Of a stretch of DNA of 64,000 bases, positions 25,988 through 37,326 are shown in pieces (the stretch's first letter is position 1; every line of letters begins with the position of its first letter). The translations under genes and the position numbers were made by a program. Origin of the DNA: Mytilus edulis (Eukaryota); NCBI RefSeq assembly GCF_963676685.1, contig NC_092355.1, forward strand, positions 16,802,001-16,866,000, in the 5' to 3' direction. Under the pieces are notes generated by a model, which worked only from the letters and a program-made list of their open reading frames with translations, was not told the origin of the DNA and did not search any database.

Positions 25988-26945
25988 TTAAGCATTTTGC
26001 AACAATTGACATGCTTGGGCAGTGACAAATATTTGAAATCTTTACTTTCGTTAAGTTAAGATTGGGAGGAAAGAAAGTTTATTTAATTGTCAAAAGTATA
26101 CAATCAGTCATGTAAACAGCCTATTTTTTTAAATGAGTAGTTAAACATGAAAATGTCAGCTGTATTAAAAACGGTGCAAAGCTTTGACGTTTTGTACAGA
26201 AGTCGGTTGAAAATAATTGAAAACTACATCGAGTAACGTTACCATTTCTAAACCGAACACTGTGCGTAACCACTAACTACAGATCTGAGAATACTTGCAG
26301 TTACTAACAACTAGTTCAAAGGCACTAACAACTAAAATAAAAACCATGCATCTAAATTGTTTGTTTCTATATGATATACTAGGCATTCAATTTCTTTTGC
26401 TGAATAATTGCTTCATACGTTTGACGTTTTCTTGTATCTCTTTATTCGTATTATTCATTTAATTGGCGAATTAAAGATAAATAAATAAACCTTACCTTAT
26501 GATTGTATAGATCTGTATTATGGTATTTAGTTAAAATAATGAAACCTTACACCAGCGTTTAAACCATAAAGGAAATCAGTTTAACAATTGGAGCATACAC
26601 ACTTCTATTGTATTAGTAATGTTTTGTGAAGATAAAGTTACGTCTCTTTTCAATCGTAATAAAATGGTGAACAGTAAACTATTTTAAAATATTTTTAAAA
26701 GACTTATACCCACTGGATTTATAGTTTCCTCACATCTGATGTAAAAATAAGGCATAATATTAAGTCCTGTATATTTTACTGAAAAATTCCGATGGTAAGA
26801 AAAAAAATTCATCACAACCTACTTATTATTTTATAGGCCTGGGACTTATTTCACAAAAAGATCTGACGATAAAAGTACTCGTCAGTGTGATCATTTAAAT
26901 AATCATAGAGATGAATTTTGTGAAAAGATTGTTTGTGAAAAAATC

Positions 26946-27035
26946 CCAAGACGCGCTAATCGTCCACGAAGGACTCATCAGTGACGCTCGTATTAAAAAG
27001 GCCTAATACAGTTCATAAGTTGAAGAGTTAACAAA
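26946..27035 (-). repeat. Degenerate hammerhead-containing pLTR fragment
   Basis: Minus strand reads GAGCGTCA-CTGATGA-GTCC ttcgt GGAC-GATT-AGCGC-GTC; same family as 16471-16516. Confidence 0.65.
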
Positions 27036-27324
27036 ATCGTATCTAAAACAGGGAATTTTTAGCATGACAGTCAATTAATTTGGTCATGTACATGTCATCT
27101 TAATATCAAAGACTGAGATTTCACACCCCAGTTAGGAAAGGGAGATTACCATTGGAAAGTTTATGGCAACCACGTATTATTAAAGTATCAACACGCTTTT
27201 TATACTTGTAAAACATGATGCACGAAACAGAAATACTAAATGCGCTGCTTTTCAGCCATTCAAGCGACATTTATTAGTACTTTTAAGGTCAAAGTTGTAG
27301 AGTCGGAAATACAACGTGAGCTGC

Positions 27325-27450
27325 ACAGGGGTTGATCCAGCCATTTTAAAAAGGGGGGTTCCCAACCAAGGACTGCAAAAGGGGGGGGGGGGGGAGGGGG
27401 TCCAACTATATGTTCCCATGCAAATGCATTGATCGGTCAAAAAAAGTGGT
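27325..27450. mobile_element. Truncated CAG(T/G)GGCGGATCCAG-type MITE
   Basis: Reverse-complement similarity to 52151-52294 (GATCCAGCCATTT…, TCCAACTATATG…CCCAT…CAAATGCATTGATCG). Confidence 0.65.
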
Positions 27451-28316
27451 GTTTTTGAAGCAGCGTGTTTTTTTGATGTTCAAGCGATACAAATTTAGAC
27501 CGACAATGGATTATTCGTTAAATGGGTAGAAAAGACAACCTTCATGTATTTGTTGTGTTTTAAATAGACATCAAAGAACACGAATGAAAATAACACACAA
27601 TGTACAGAACCGGTTTGTTGTTTTACGGAGATGCAATAACAGTGTCAAATCTAACCCGGAGGTGATGTACATTCCCATTGCAATTCGGACATGATTGATA
27701 ATTTAGGTTTAATGTCCAGTGGCAAATGTTTCATTGATATTCAGTACACATTCATTCTAAACGTAACTTCAACCGGTGAATGGAAGAATCAACTCGACAA
27801 AGTCTTTAAATATAGAGCAAATTATCATCGATTTAAACTGACAATTTTATATTCAAACTTATAAACTCACTATTTTTTTTTATAATATCAGCATGCAATT
27901 CGGCAACTTACAGTCTTGCAAGTTTTTCAATCTAGATACGTTCCTGTATACATATAATGTAGATGACTAGAAATCATCATGATTTAAAAGTATTTCTTGA
28001 ATATCAAATGGGTGGGATGGTATCATCTGTTGTTTTTTGTTTTTTATATAAAAAAAGAGTAGTTCAAATACACGTGACGTCAACAATAATTCTATGAAGA
28101 ATTTTTTGATTACCACAACAGTTTTACCTTTGTCGGACTGAATGAGGTGTACAAATGTAGGAACATTGTTTCATTATCATTATTTAAAATAAATTCTTTA
28201 TTCTGCAATTACTGAGCATGCTGAGAGTACTACAAAGCAGTATTGTATTTCCGATTCCACTCACATTAAAAGCTGCCCACAATATATTAATCACGAAAAC
28301 CTATCTATCTAGTTAC

Positions 28317-28980
28317 CTAGATTAAAACTGACGTGGAAAGGTAACACATGGCCAGCGAAAGCTCTTTTATGAGAGCCCAGGTGGTTGTGTGGTCTAGCGG
28401 GACGGCTGCAGTGCAGGCGATTTGGTGTCACGATATCACAGTAGCATGGGTTCGAATCCCGGCGAGGGAAGAACCAAAAATTTGCGAAAGCAAATTTACA
28501 GATCTAACATTGTTGGGTTGATGTTTAGACGAGTTGTATATACATTATGTACACAGCCATGTATCACCATCATTGATGGCGATCCGATGGATACATCTGT
28601 TGTAGGGTTGTCACTGACTCAGACGTACTTATGAATATAATTATTTTCTGTGACTGTATCTTACATTAATTTGTAGGATCCTTTACTATAGATAATTTAG
28701 CTGATCTGTAACAATAACATCTTCATGCCTTATATATCATGTACTGTAGTACGTCGCTAGATTAAAACTGACGTGTAAAGGTAACACATGGCCAGCGAAA
28801 GCTCTTTTATGAGAGCCCAGGTGGTCGTGTGGTCTAGCGGGACGGCTGCAGTGCAGGCGATTTGGTGTCACGATATCACAATAGCATGGGTTCGAATCCC
28901 GGCTAGGGAAGAACCAAAAATTTGCGAAAGCAAATTTACAGATCTAACATTGTTGGGTTGATGTTTAGACGAGTTATATA
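28317..28980 (+). repeat. 1.5-unit tandem repeat (period 440 bp) containing a tRNA-derived, multi-hairpin Pol III-type module
   Basis: 28317-28540 recurs at 28757-28980 with about 5 mismatches. A-box-like TGGTCGTGTGGTCTAG and B-box GGTTCGAATCC occur in both copies (28375-28469, 28815-28909). Confidence 0.85.
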
Positions 28981-28982
28981 GT

Positions 28983-29003
28983 TATATATATATAGAGAGA
29001 GAG

Positions 29004-29037
<34 letters not shown>
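28983..29037. repeat. (TA)n(GA)n microsatellite
   Basis: Directly visible. Confidence 0.95.
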
Positions 29038-29040
<3 letters not shown>

Positions 29041-29754
29041 AGTACTGTAAGACTTTTTTAAAATACTTTTGTATCCAACTCTATATTATTTATTTTCTTT
29101 GATTTTTTTTCTTTGTCCAATTTTTCTTAAGTTTGTTACTATAACTCTCTATTGTGTAAACTGTATACAATACATAATACACAGCAGGTAATGTGATAGA
29201 ACTAACACACGTATTTCCGTAAACAAATCGTTTCCTCTCCGTTGAGATATGTGTTTTATTCATCAATATTTATTTCCGGATAAACCTTCGAAAATAAATA
29301 ATATTTTTGATGACACAGACCTTCTTCAGATTGATATGATACACACTTAAGAAATTGCTTAAAATCTGAGGTGAGCAGATATGTGCTATTTGAAAACAGG
29401 TTACACGCCATTATTCTGTTATTCCGACAGCCCATTAGTCCGACAGCCCATTGGTCCGACAACCCATTAGTCCGACAACCCAACAGTCCGACAACCCATT
29501 GCTCCGACAGCCCAATACTCCGACAACCCATAAGTCCGACACTTATCAAGTCAATTATCAGGGTAAAATATTTTGTGTCTGTCTGTATTATTACGTAATA
29601 GCATATATTTCAAGAAATAACTTCGTATATATTACATAAGACTAAGGTAGTTCGAATACTTTCTATATATTCAATTCGAAATCTGTATATAGAATAGAAC
29701 AGAAAAGAATATTTCATTTTCCAAATAACACAGTCTATAAAGAGCATACAAATC

Positions 29755-30198
29755 ATGACCAACCAGTAATCATGGTAATGGTGCGAGCTACTGGTGATAC
29801 CCCCGCCCAAATATTTCGGTAAACAGGAAATTGTTGAGATGTGAATCTAAAAAAGCATCACACAGTATAACTGAATTATATAAACCTTGAAACCAAATTT
29901 CAGAAATCATTGTATTGTAGTTTCTGAGAAAAATATGACGAAAATGTTCAACTTAGCTCTCATGTAAAAAGTGTCCGGTAAACAGAAAGTTGTTGAGTTA
30001 AGAATCTGAAAATGCATCACGCGATAAACCCGACTTCAATAAACCCTGACACCAATTTCAGAAATCCTTGTAATGTTTTTTCATGAAAAAGAAGCAACGA
30101 AAATATTCACGGGGCGGACGGACGAACTGACAGATGGACGGACGGTCAGACAGAGGTAACACAGTATACTCCCCACTTTTACGAAGCGGCAGTATAAT
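29755..30198 (-). mobile_element. HINE-like element nested in the foldback element
   Basis: (GGAC/AGAC)n microsatellite at 30112-30152, terminal hairpin-like CCCCACTTTTACGAAGCGG, and two ~160-bp internal units (CCGGTAAACAG(G/A)AA…). Confidence 0.6.
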
Positions 30199-30603
30199 GA
30201 TTGGGTCAACATTAAGACATTACAATACTAATTTATACTAGTTATATTTATTTCACCATAAGCCTCAGTCACAATATGAGCCAAAACAAAATAGGAAAAA
30301 AAGAACTAACACATTGATATGAAACAACAGTCAGTATCAAGACCTGTACTACATAATTCAAATGAACTAATAATAAAATCATAATTTTTCCAATAAAAGT
30401 TAAGTTTTCTTGTGTTAACATCGAAGATTAATCATGTTTGTTTATCTAACTTTTTAAAGTTCTGACAAGTGCTAAAAATATGCTGAAAGAGTTCCTCACT
30501 CAAATTATTATGAAGGGAGCATTCGATTGAAAAATGACGCTCATCCTAAACCTATCAGCTGTACAATACGATTTTTTTAGTATCTGGCATTTTCTATTCC
30601 TAA

Positions 30604-32289
30604 TACCCCAGTCCCACTAGGCCACGATCGCACTACGATCTGTGAAAGAAACGCAAATTTTGATGATCGTGTAGGTCGCAGTAAGGTCGTACCACGGTCG
30701 TGGTGAGGTCTTCAAGATCGTGAAGAGCGTGGCCAACTTTGAACATGTTCAAAACAATCGTGGTGCGGTCGTGGCGAAATTAGGGCGTAGTAGAAGCGTA
30801 GTGAGAGCGCACTAAGATCCTAGTAAGATCGCAAAGGTCGCTGTACAATCGTAGCGAGAGCGTGATTCTATTCGGAGAGATTTCGCTACGATCTCACAGC
30901 GACATTATCACGACCTTACTACGACCATCACGTTCTCACCGCGACCCAACTACGCTTCCATTACGACTTAACCACGCTGTTCACGACCATAGTACGATTC
31001 TAGCACGCCCTTGCCGTCCTCATCACGCTCTTCTTACGACCTTACTACGTTCACACTACGACCATCATTTTTATTGTCATTTTCACATAAAATATATAAA
31101 AAAAACTCCCTAGATTTTGTTTGTCTGAATGTATTTATCCATTTGCTCTAACAGCTCAACCATGCTTCTCGTTTTTATATAGATTAGACCGTTGGTTTTT
31201 CCCGTTTAAATGGTTTAACATTAGTATTTTTTTGGGGCCCTTTATAGCATGCTGTTCAGTGTGAGCCAAGGCTCCGTATTGAAGGCCGTACCTTCGCCTA
31301 TAATGGTTTACTTTTATAGATTTTTACGTTGATGGAGAGTTGTCTCATTGGCACTCATACCACATCTTCCTATATATACTGACACATCTGTGTCATCTCT
31401 GCTATCGTTCACTAAAATATCGTCATTTGAGCTTTATGTATCCGTTTAATTGAAGTCTGGAGCTGGCATGACAGTTAACTGCTAGTAGTCTGTTGTTATT
31501 TATGTATTATTGTCTTTTTGATTAATTTCTTTAGTCACATCTTCTGACATCAGACTCTGACTTTTCTTGAACTGAATTTTAATGTGCGTATTGTTATGCG
31601 TTTACTTTTCTTCATTGGCTAGAGGTATAGGGGTAGGGTTGAGATCTCACAAACATGTTTAACCCCACTATTTTTGCGCCTGTCCCAAGTCAGAAGCCTC
31701 TGGCCTTTGTTACTCTTGTACTATTTTTAATTTTAGTTTCTTGTGTACTATTTGGAGTTTAGTATGGTGTTCATACTTTACTCCTTCTGCCTCTACATCA
31801 ACCCCTACCACCACGCCCACGTGTTCTAGTAGATTTTGGTGGCATCATGCCATGAGTGACTGTATTGTTTCCGAGAAATCTCCGTTTTAATCAGAAACAG
31901 AAGGAATGGAACTATATTGATATGAAACACGATATTGACGGTATTGCTGAGAACGTAGTAAGATCGTGGTATGAACGTAGTATAATCGTGGTAAGAACGT
32001 GCTATAATCGCAGTAAGATCGTGTTGCAATCGGATAACTCGTGGTATGGTCGTACTAAGTGAGAACGTGAAGAGCGTAGAAAGATCTTTATAAGCGTAGT
32101 GAGGTCGCAGAATAAGCGTGGTGAGAACGTGGTTTAATCGTAGCGGGATCGTTGTAGAAGCGTAATTAGGACGTAGTAGCATCATGAAAGCAACGAAAAT
32201 TAACATTTTAATGCCGCTCATACCGCGACCTCACCACGATCTAAATTTATTTCAGATCGCGGTGATCGTGGTCTAGTGGGACTGGGGCT
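30604..32289. mobile_element. PIF/Harbinger-like MITE (TAA target) nested in the foldback element
   Basis: TIR CCCCAGTCCCACTAGGCCACGATC / GATCGTGGTCTAGTGGGACTGGGG flanked by TAA on both sides; CpG-rich degenerate CGAT/CGTA internal repeats. Confidence 0.8.
31445..31772 (+). repeat. Dispersed repeat, near-identical to 60915-61240
   Basis: GTTTAATTGAAGTCTGGAGCTGGCATG…CCTGTCCCAAGTCAG…AGTATGG is colinear in both places. Confidence 0.85.
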
Positions 32290-33814
32290 TAATGTAATGG
32301 GTGAGCACCGATTCTAAATTAACATATGAACTACCTTTCTTAAAATCAATGATATCTAAATATTTTTCTCCTTGAAACATAATGAAAAATAAGTGTCAAG
32401 TATGCCACAAAACACATACTGAACTAAGTTTTTACAACTAGATAATTTGAGAAAGACACAAGCGTGAAATTTTCCCACATTGTCTTAGATTTTTTACTAG
32501 TTGTTATTGGCTTTTATATTGCACTCGTTCTATTTTTAAAAGCAGTCATTTTGAGTCATTTTGAGTTGACTGTTTGTTTCTTTGTCATATACAGTCCCTG
32601 AATATCACTTTTCCTCATGAATATTTAAATAGAAGTTGCCGAAATGTTCATTTCCGTCATACTTGTTTTTCGTAATAAGTTTTGTTGTAAATCATAAGTC
32701 CTGCACCTCCCCCAACCATTTTTAAATAATAAAGGAGGGATATTTTTCCTAGATTTTGAAATAAGCTTGGGATATAAAATTGGTATCCCTACAAATATAT
32801 TGAGTGTCATCTCTCAGACTATGTCTGATCTATCGTTTTTGGAAGTGACTTGTAGTTGTCTCAGTATTTCGTGGATTCACATTCCCGAACATGAAACCGT
32901 ATTCATAAAAAACACCAGGCGAACTAGAACATCACAGACTGACAGTTGACAAACAAACGACGAAATGTAAACAAATAAATACGTAAAACGAAAGAGGGTC
33001 GAATGTAAGGACTTAACAGTAGCAATTAGCATGTGTATCAACTCCAATATAATGAGACAACTATCCCGCATGGAAAGAATAATAGGGATCAAAACGAACA
33101 ATTCCAAATATTGAAGAGAACCGAGTTGGTCTTTTTAAAGAAAAAATACCAATACACACAAGACAGATGCATTGTCGGAGTAATGGGCTGTCGGAGTAAT
33201 GGGCTGTCGGAATAGTGGGCTGTCGGAGTATTGGGCTGTGGGAATAGCGGGCTGTCGGAGTAATGGGCTGTCGGAATAATAGGCTGTCGGAGTAATGGGC
33301 TGTCGGAATTATGGTTGTCAGACTAATGGGATGTCACCTGAAAACAAACTAATGCATGGAGGCAAAATATCTCTATGAATAAGAGACGAAATGTATGCCT
33401 TATGAACGGCAAAATACGACAAAAATACACACAAAAATAATACAACATAAAAAGCTAAAGATTGTGCTACACCTTTTGTACACGAGCCATAGTCAAAATT
33501 AATATGACGTCTTAAAAGTCCATTTTATTTTTTGCTTTGACGCCTTTCAGCAACAGTTGACATGTTTGATGTAAGTCGTCAAAGAAAAAAATACAATAGC
33601 CTTTAAACTTCAAGACATTATTTAAATCATTTTGATTACACAAACCCCACCAAAACAAGGGTACATGTAACTAATATAACCAATTCAGTATAAAGTAACC
33701 CCTGGCAAAGTTGTGTTTTCTATAGGCTTGGAGAGGCATGGCACCTAGACCGAGATTACACTGAATCAAACAGCTGTTTTGCCAGGCAAGCTGGGGTCGT
33801 GGCCAGCTTGGCTG

Positions 33815-33885
33815 GTAAAAGAGATGTTGGACGCAGGTGTGATGCCAGACAACATCATTTGTACAGGGCACCGTATTGTAACCAA
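33815..33885 (+). mobile_element. Tyrosine-recombinase (Crypton-like) C-terminal remnant
   Basis: EMLDAGVMPDNIICTGHR resembles the L..AGV....I...TGH(R/K)S box II motif of Crypton-type YRs; short and isolated. Confidence 0.4.
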
Positions 33886-34147
33886 TTGGTTAGATTTAAA
33901 ATCTTGTTTTCTTCTGTTTTGGTTTATTGATATCATACCTGTATCCTGCTGGTGGTATCAGGTTCGTTTGCCCTGATTACATGTTCACCATGTGTCCCTT
34001 TGCATTGAGTTCATTCGCCCATAAGAGTCTTTCGTCCTTGGTTCATTCTCCCTACATTAATATAAAAAAAAATATAAGTATTAACATGATTGAGGGCATC
34101 AAAGTTTACTTTTAACACTTATTCAGATATTTATCATGTTTATACAT

Positions 34148-34892
34148 CAGTCAGGGATATAACTCTATAGGGTTATTACAGGAAAATAACATACATGTGT
34201 TATTGTAGACTAAAAAATCAAAGAACTGTGATAATATACGTATGTTACATGTTTCAAAAGGACAATATACATCATTAGTTTAGTTAACATTTGTAAAAGT
34301 TCTATTGATATTACTTTTGTCTATATGTATACTTAATTATTGAAAGATATAACAGTTCATAGTTTGCCAATTTGCATAATACACCTATATGTTATCACAG
34401 AAAAAATATGCCTTTAATAACTAAAGGGTGTTATCTCAGCTTCTCTATATCACTTCAAAGGATTTGCTCAGACATAGATCATGCTTAATTACAATGTATT
34501 TTAATTTATTGTAAGAAATAATGACCAGAGCATGTAATGAGGTTCTGCCCAAGTTTCTCAGTAATTCCCAAGTGTCTTATATAATAAGTTACTTTCCTTT
34601 AATAACTAAGCCTTGTTATTACAGCTAAGTTTATCCCTTAATAGCCTAGTCTCATTGATTAACCATGGTTAATCAAAAATGTATTAATCTAATTAAGAAA
34701 TTAGTTATCAAGGCTATGCATTTATTTTCTGCGCAAAGTCTCAAGAGTTCCCTAGAGCCCACTATAAATGAAATAATTTTACAAATAACAAACATATGTT
34801 ATTACAGATTTAGAAAATTTTAGGAAGAAAATCTGTAATAACACACGCAAGTTATTTTCTGTAATAACCCTATAGAGTTATATCTCTTACTG
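34148..34892. mobile_element. Tc1/mariner-like MITE (CAGT termini, ~42-bp TIR)
   Basis: CAGTCAGGGATATAACTCTATAGGGTTATTACAGGAAAATAAC vs GTTATTTTCTGTAATAACCCTATAGAGTTATATCTCTTACTG followed by TA. Confidence 0.8.
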
Positions 34893-35830
34893 TACATGTT
34901 ATCATTGTTATACATGTTATCATTGTTATACATTGTTATATCATTGTATATGGTATATATATTCTTGAAATCTTTGAAAACATAGAAATATGTACAAGTT
35001 GATTGCTTGTTTAATTTAGAGCATTCATTGATCAATGGCATAATATATCTCAATGATTGGTGTAATATACATGTATATTACAATTGCTTTAAAAGTATGT
35101 TGGGGGAAAACCATGGTATACATACGCGTGTACATGTATTATCTGCAATTGATGTTGTACTATTCTTTAATAATTAAATATGTAGCTCAGCTAGAATCCA
35201 AAGGAAAGAAGACAGAGCTCTGACAGTTATAGTACAACATATTCATTGTCATGTTATTCCATGGGCCATAGCTGAAGCTCCATCCCTTTTTGAACAATGT
35301 TCGTCTCTGAAATATTTGGGAAACTGAAAAATCTAAACAGTCAGGGGACTTACAAGTACTTAAATGAGTGATTTTCCAAATCACTGATTCAAGTAACATT
35401 ATTTCCACAAAGGTTGGAAGTTAGAGTTGTCTTTCTTTAATAATCACCTATTTAAGTAGTACAAATTAATCACTAGAAGAAGTGATTTAATTTTATAGTA
35501 GCTTTAAATATACAATATTAATGATCCCGGGACTAATTATGTTTCTAAAATTATCAGAACCAACATCTGTGTTGATAGGATGACCATGCAGGTCATTTCA
35601 GGTGATGACCTTGTACTGAATCTAGGATAATGACATAAAAATCACTTGTTTAAGTATCATACCTCAATTTCCTTCCCAAAAATCACTTCTTTAAGTATCA
35701 TTGTTTTAATAACCCCCACTAATTTCAACACCCCCGAACAGTGAAATTTTTATCGTGAACAGTAGAATTTTATTACATAATCTGAAAGATGAAACCTTGA
35801 ACTTCACAGGAAAAATACTCCCACTGCTGG

Positions 35831-37147
35831 CAGTCAGGGGTACTACTTGTACAAGTTATTTTTAATTACTTGAAGAAGTAATATTAATATACTTATATAA
35901 GTAAATTTGTAGGATACTTATACAAGTGAATTTTATTTACTTGTATAGGTAAAAAAAATATCGGCTGAGTTATGTCCCTTAGACATTCAGATTTTTTTAC
36001 TTGTAGAAGTAAAAAAGTCATCCTATCTTCTCTTATTGAATTCTTATGATTTCTTTGCTCTAATAGAATTTTAAATTATTTGCCCTTTGCAGATGTCTTT
36101 ACTAATCATTTTAGTGTAATTTCGTGGACAATGAAGAACCCATTTGTCTGTTATCTTCAGAACACTGCTCATTTACAAGCCCCAAAGGAGCAATTTTGAA
36201 GGCCTTGGCAAATACTTTAAAAGATCTTTGCACAATCAGTTTCTTTGTTGAATTAATGAGATGAAACATTGAACACTTATAAAAAAAATTGAGCAAACAT
36301 GGGAAAAACCATTAAAGGCATAAATTTACATCTCAAAACTTGAGGACTTTTGTGGAATTGTAAGAAAAATTTACTTATACGAGTAAATTTTTGAGAAAAT
36401 TAAGGTATGTGTACTTGGAAAATTGCATATTCAACTCTATCTTCAAGTAAGTCTCTATATTGATGTGATCCAAACAGGCCCTGTGATGTTTTCTTGATGC
36501 TCAATTTAAAATGAAGGCTTTATTTGTATAGTGCAACTACCTCATTGTAATAACTCAAGTCATAATGAATAAAAGTTCTAAGGACAATATCATCATGATC
36601 ATATTGATATGTTCTTCCAATAGAAATATTTTCCATGTTTTTATGTGGATTTTTTGTCTCAAAACTTGAGAATTTTTGTGGAATTGTAAAAGAATTTACT
36701 TAGATACAAAAGATATAAAATTATATAATTAGTTGGAATTTATTTAAACATTATAATTAACATGCATGACATGATTAACTTATATAACATGTATAAGTAT
36801 ATTTTTTTACTTCTTGAAGTTCTTCAAGTAATCATGGTAAATAAAGATTACTTGTTCAAGTACTGCATACCTGCCAACTGTCATTATTTGCGGGAGATTT
36901 CCCCATGGAGGCTCCCAAATTGAAATTTTGAAAGAGCAATTTTGTCCACAATATGACAATTTAAACAAAACAATCAATTTCACAATGATTTTAGGCTTAT
37001 AAAAGTATGAAGAAGCCAAAAAACAACATTAAAATGTATTTGAAGCCCCCCCTTGAAGGTTTTTTAGGATCATGACAGCCATCTTGCACTCAAAACCCCC
37101 ATGGGCATTTTGAAAAGTTGGCAGGTATGAAGTAGTACCCCTGACTA
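35831..37147. mobile_element. CAGTCAGGGGTACTACTT-TIR element
   Basis: AGTCAGGGGTACTACTT (35832) / AAGTAGTACCCCTGACT (37130-37146); internal TACTT.TA.AAGTA palindromic repeats. Confidence 0.7.
36866..37129. mobile_element. hAT-like MITE with CATACCTGCCAACT TIRs (uninterrupted copy)
   Basis: Perfect 14-bp TIRs; imperfect 8-bp TSD AAGTACTG/AAGTAGTA. Confidence 0.88.
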
Positions 37148-37326
37148 AACGTACTGGAGGAAAATTCTGAAGGTTTTCAATTATCTTTTCAGAAATCCTG
37201 CATGGATAGTAGATTGTAACAGGTCAGAAAATTGATTGCAAAGTCATCAGTATCAAGATGTAAAGATTTAGAATGATACCTTGAACCTGTTGAAGATTAT
37301 TTAAGGACTCTCAAATGATAGCCAAA

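Larger units (their letters stand above)
29399..33338. mobile_element. Foldback/Merlin-like non-autonomous element with 16-bp subterminal tandem arrays and perfect 8-bp TSD TGAAAACA
   Basis: TSD at 29391-29398 and 33339-33346. TIR GGTTACACGCCATTATTCTG vs CAGACTAATGGGATGTCACC. Arrays (CCGACAGCCCATTAGT)n at 29424-29541 and the reverse complement at 33172-33330. Confidence 0.88.

Noticed and set aside
28328-28380. Hammerhead in the leader of the 440-bp repeat (CTGACGT…GAAA-stem)
   Set aside because: The core reads CUGACGU rather than CUGANGA, and there is no UH triplet after the hairpin.
28375-28469. Functional tRNA gene (apparent GCA anticodon)
   Set aside because: Acceptor and anticodon stems do not pair properly; treated as a tRNA-derived module.
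29256-32221. ORFs at 29256-29639, 30862-31113 and 31826-32221
   Set aside because: They arise from tandem or low-complexity repeats inside MITEs and are not credible proteins.
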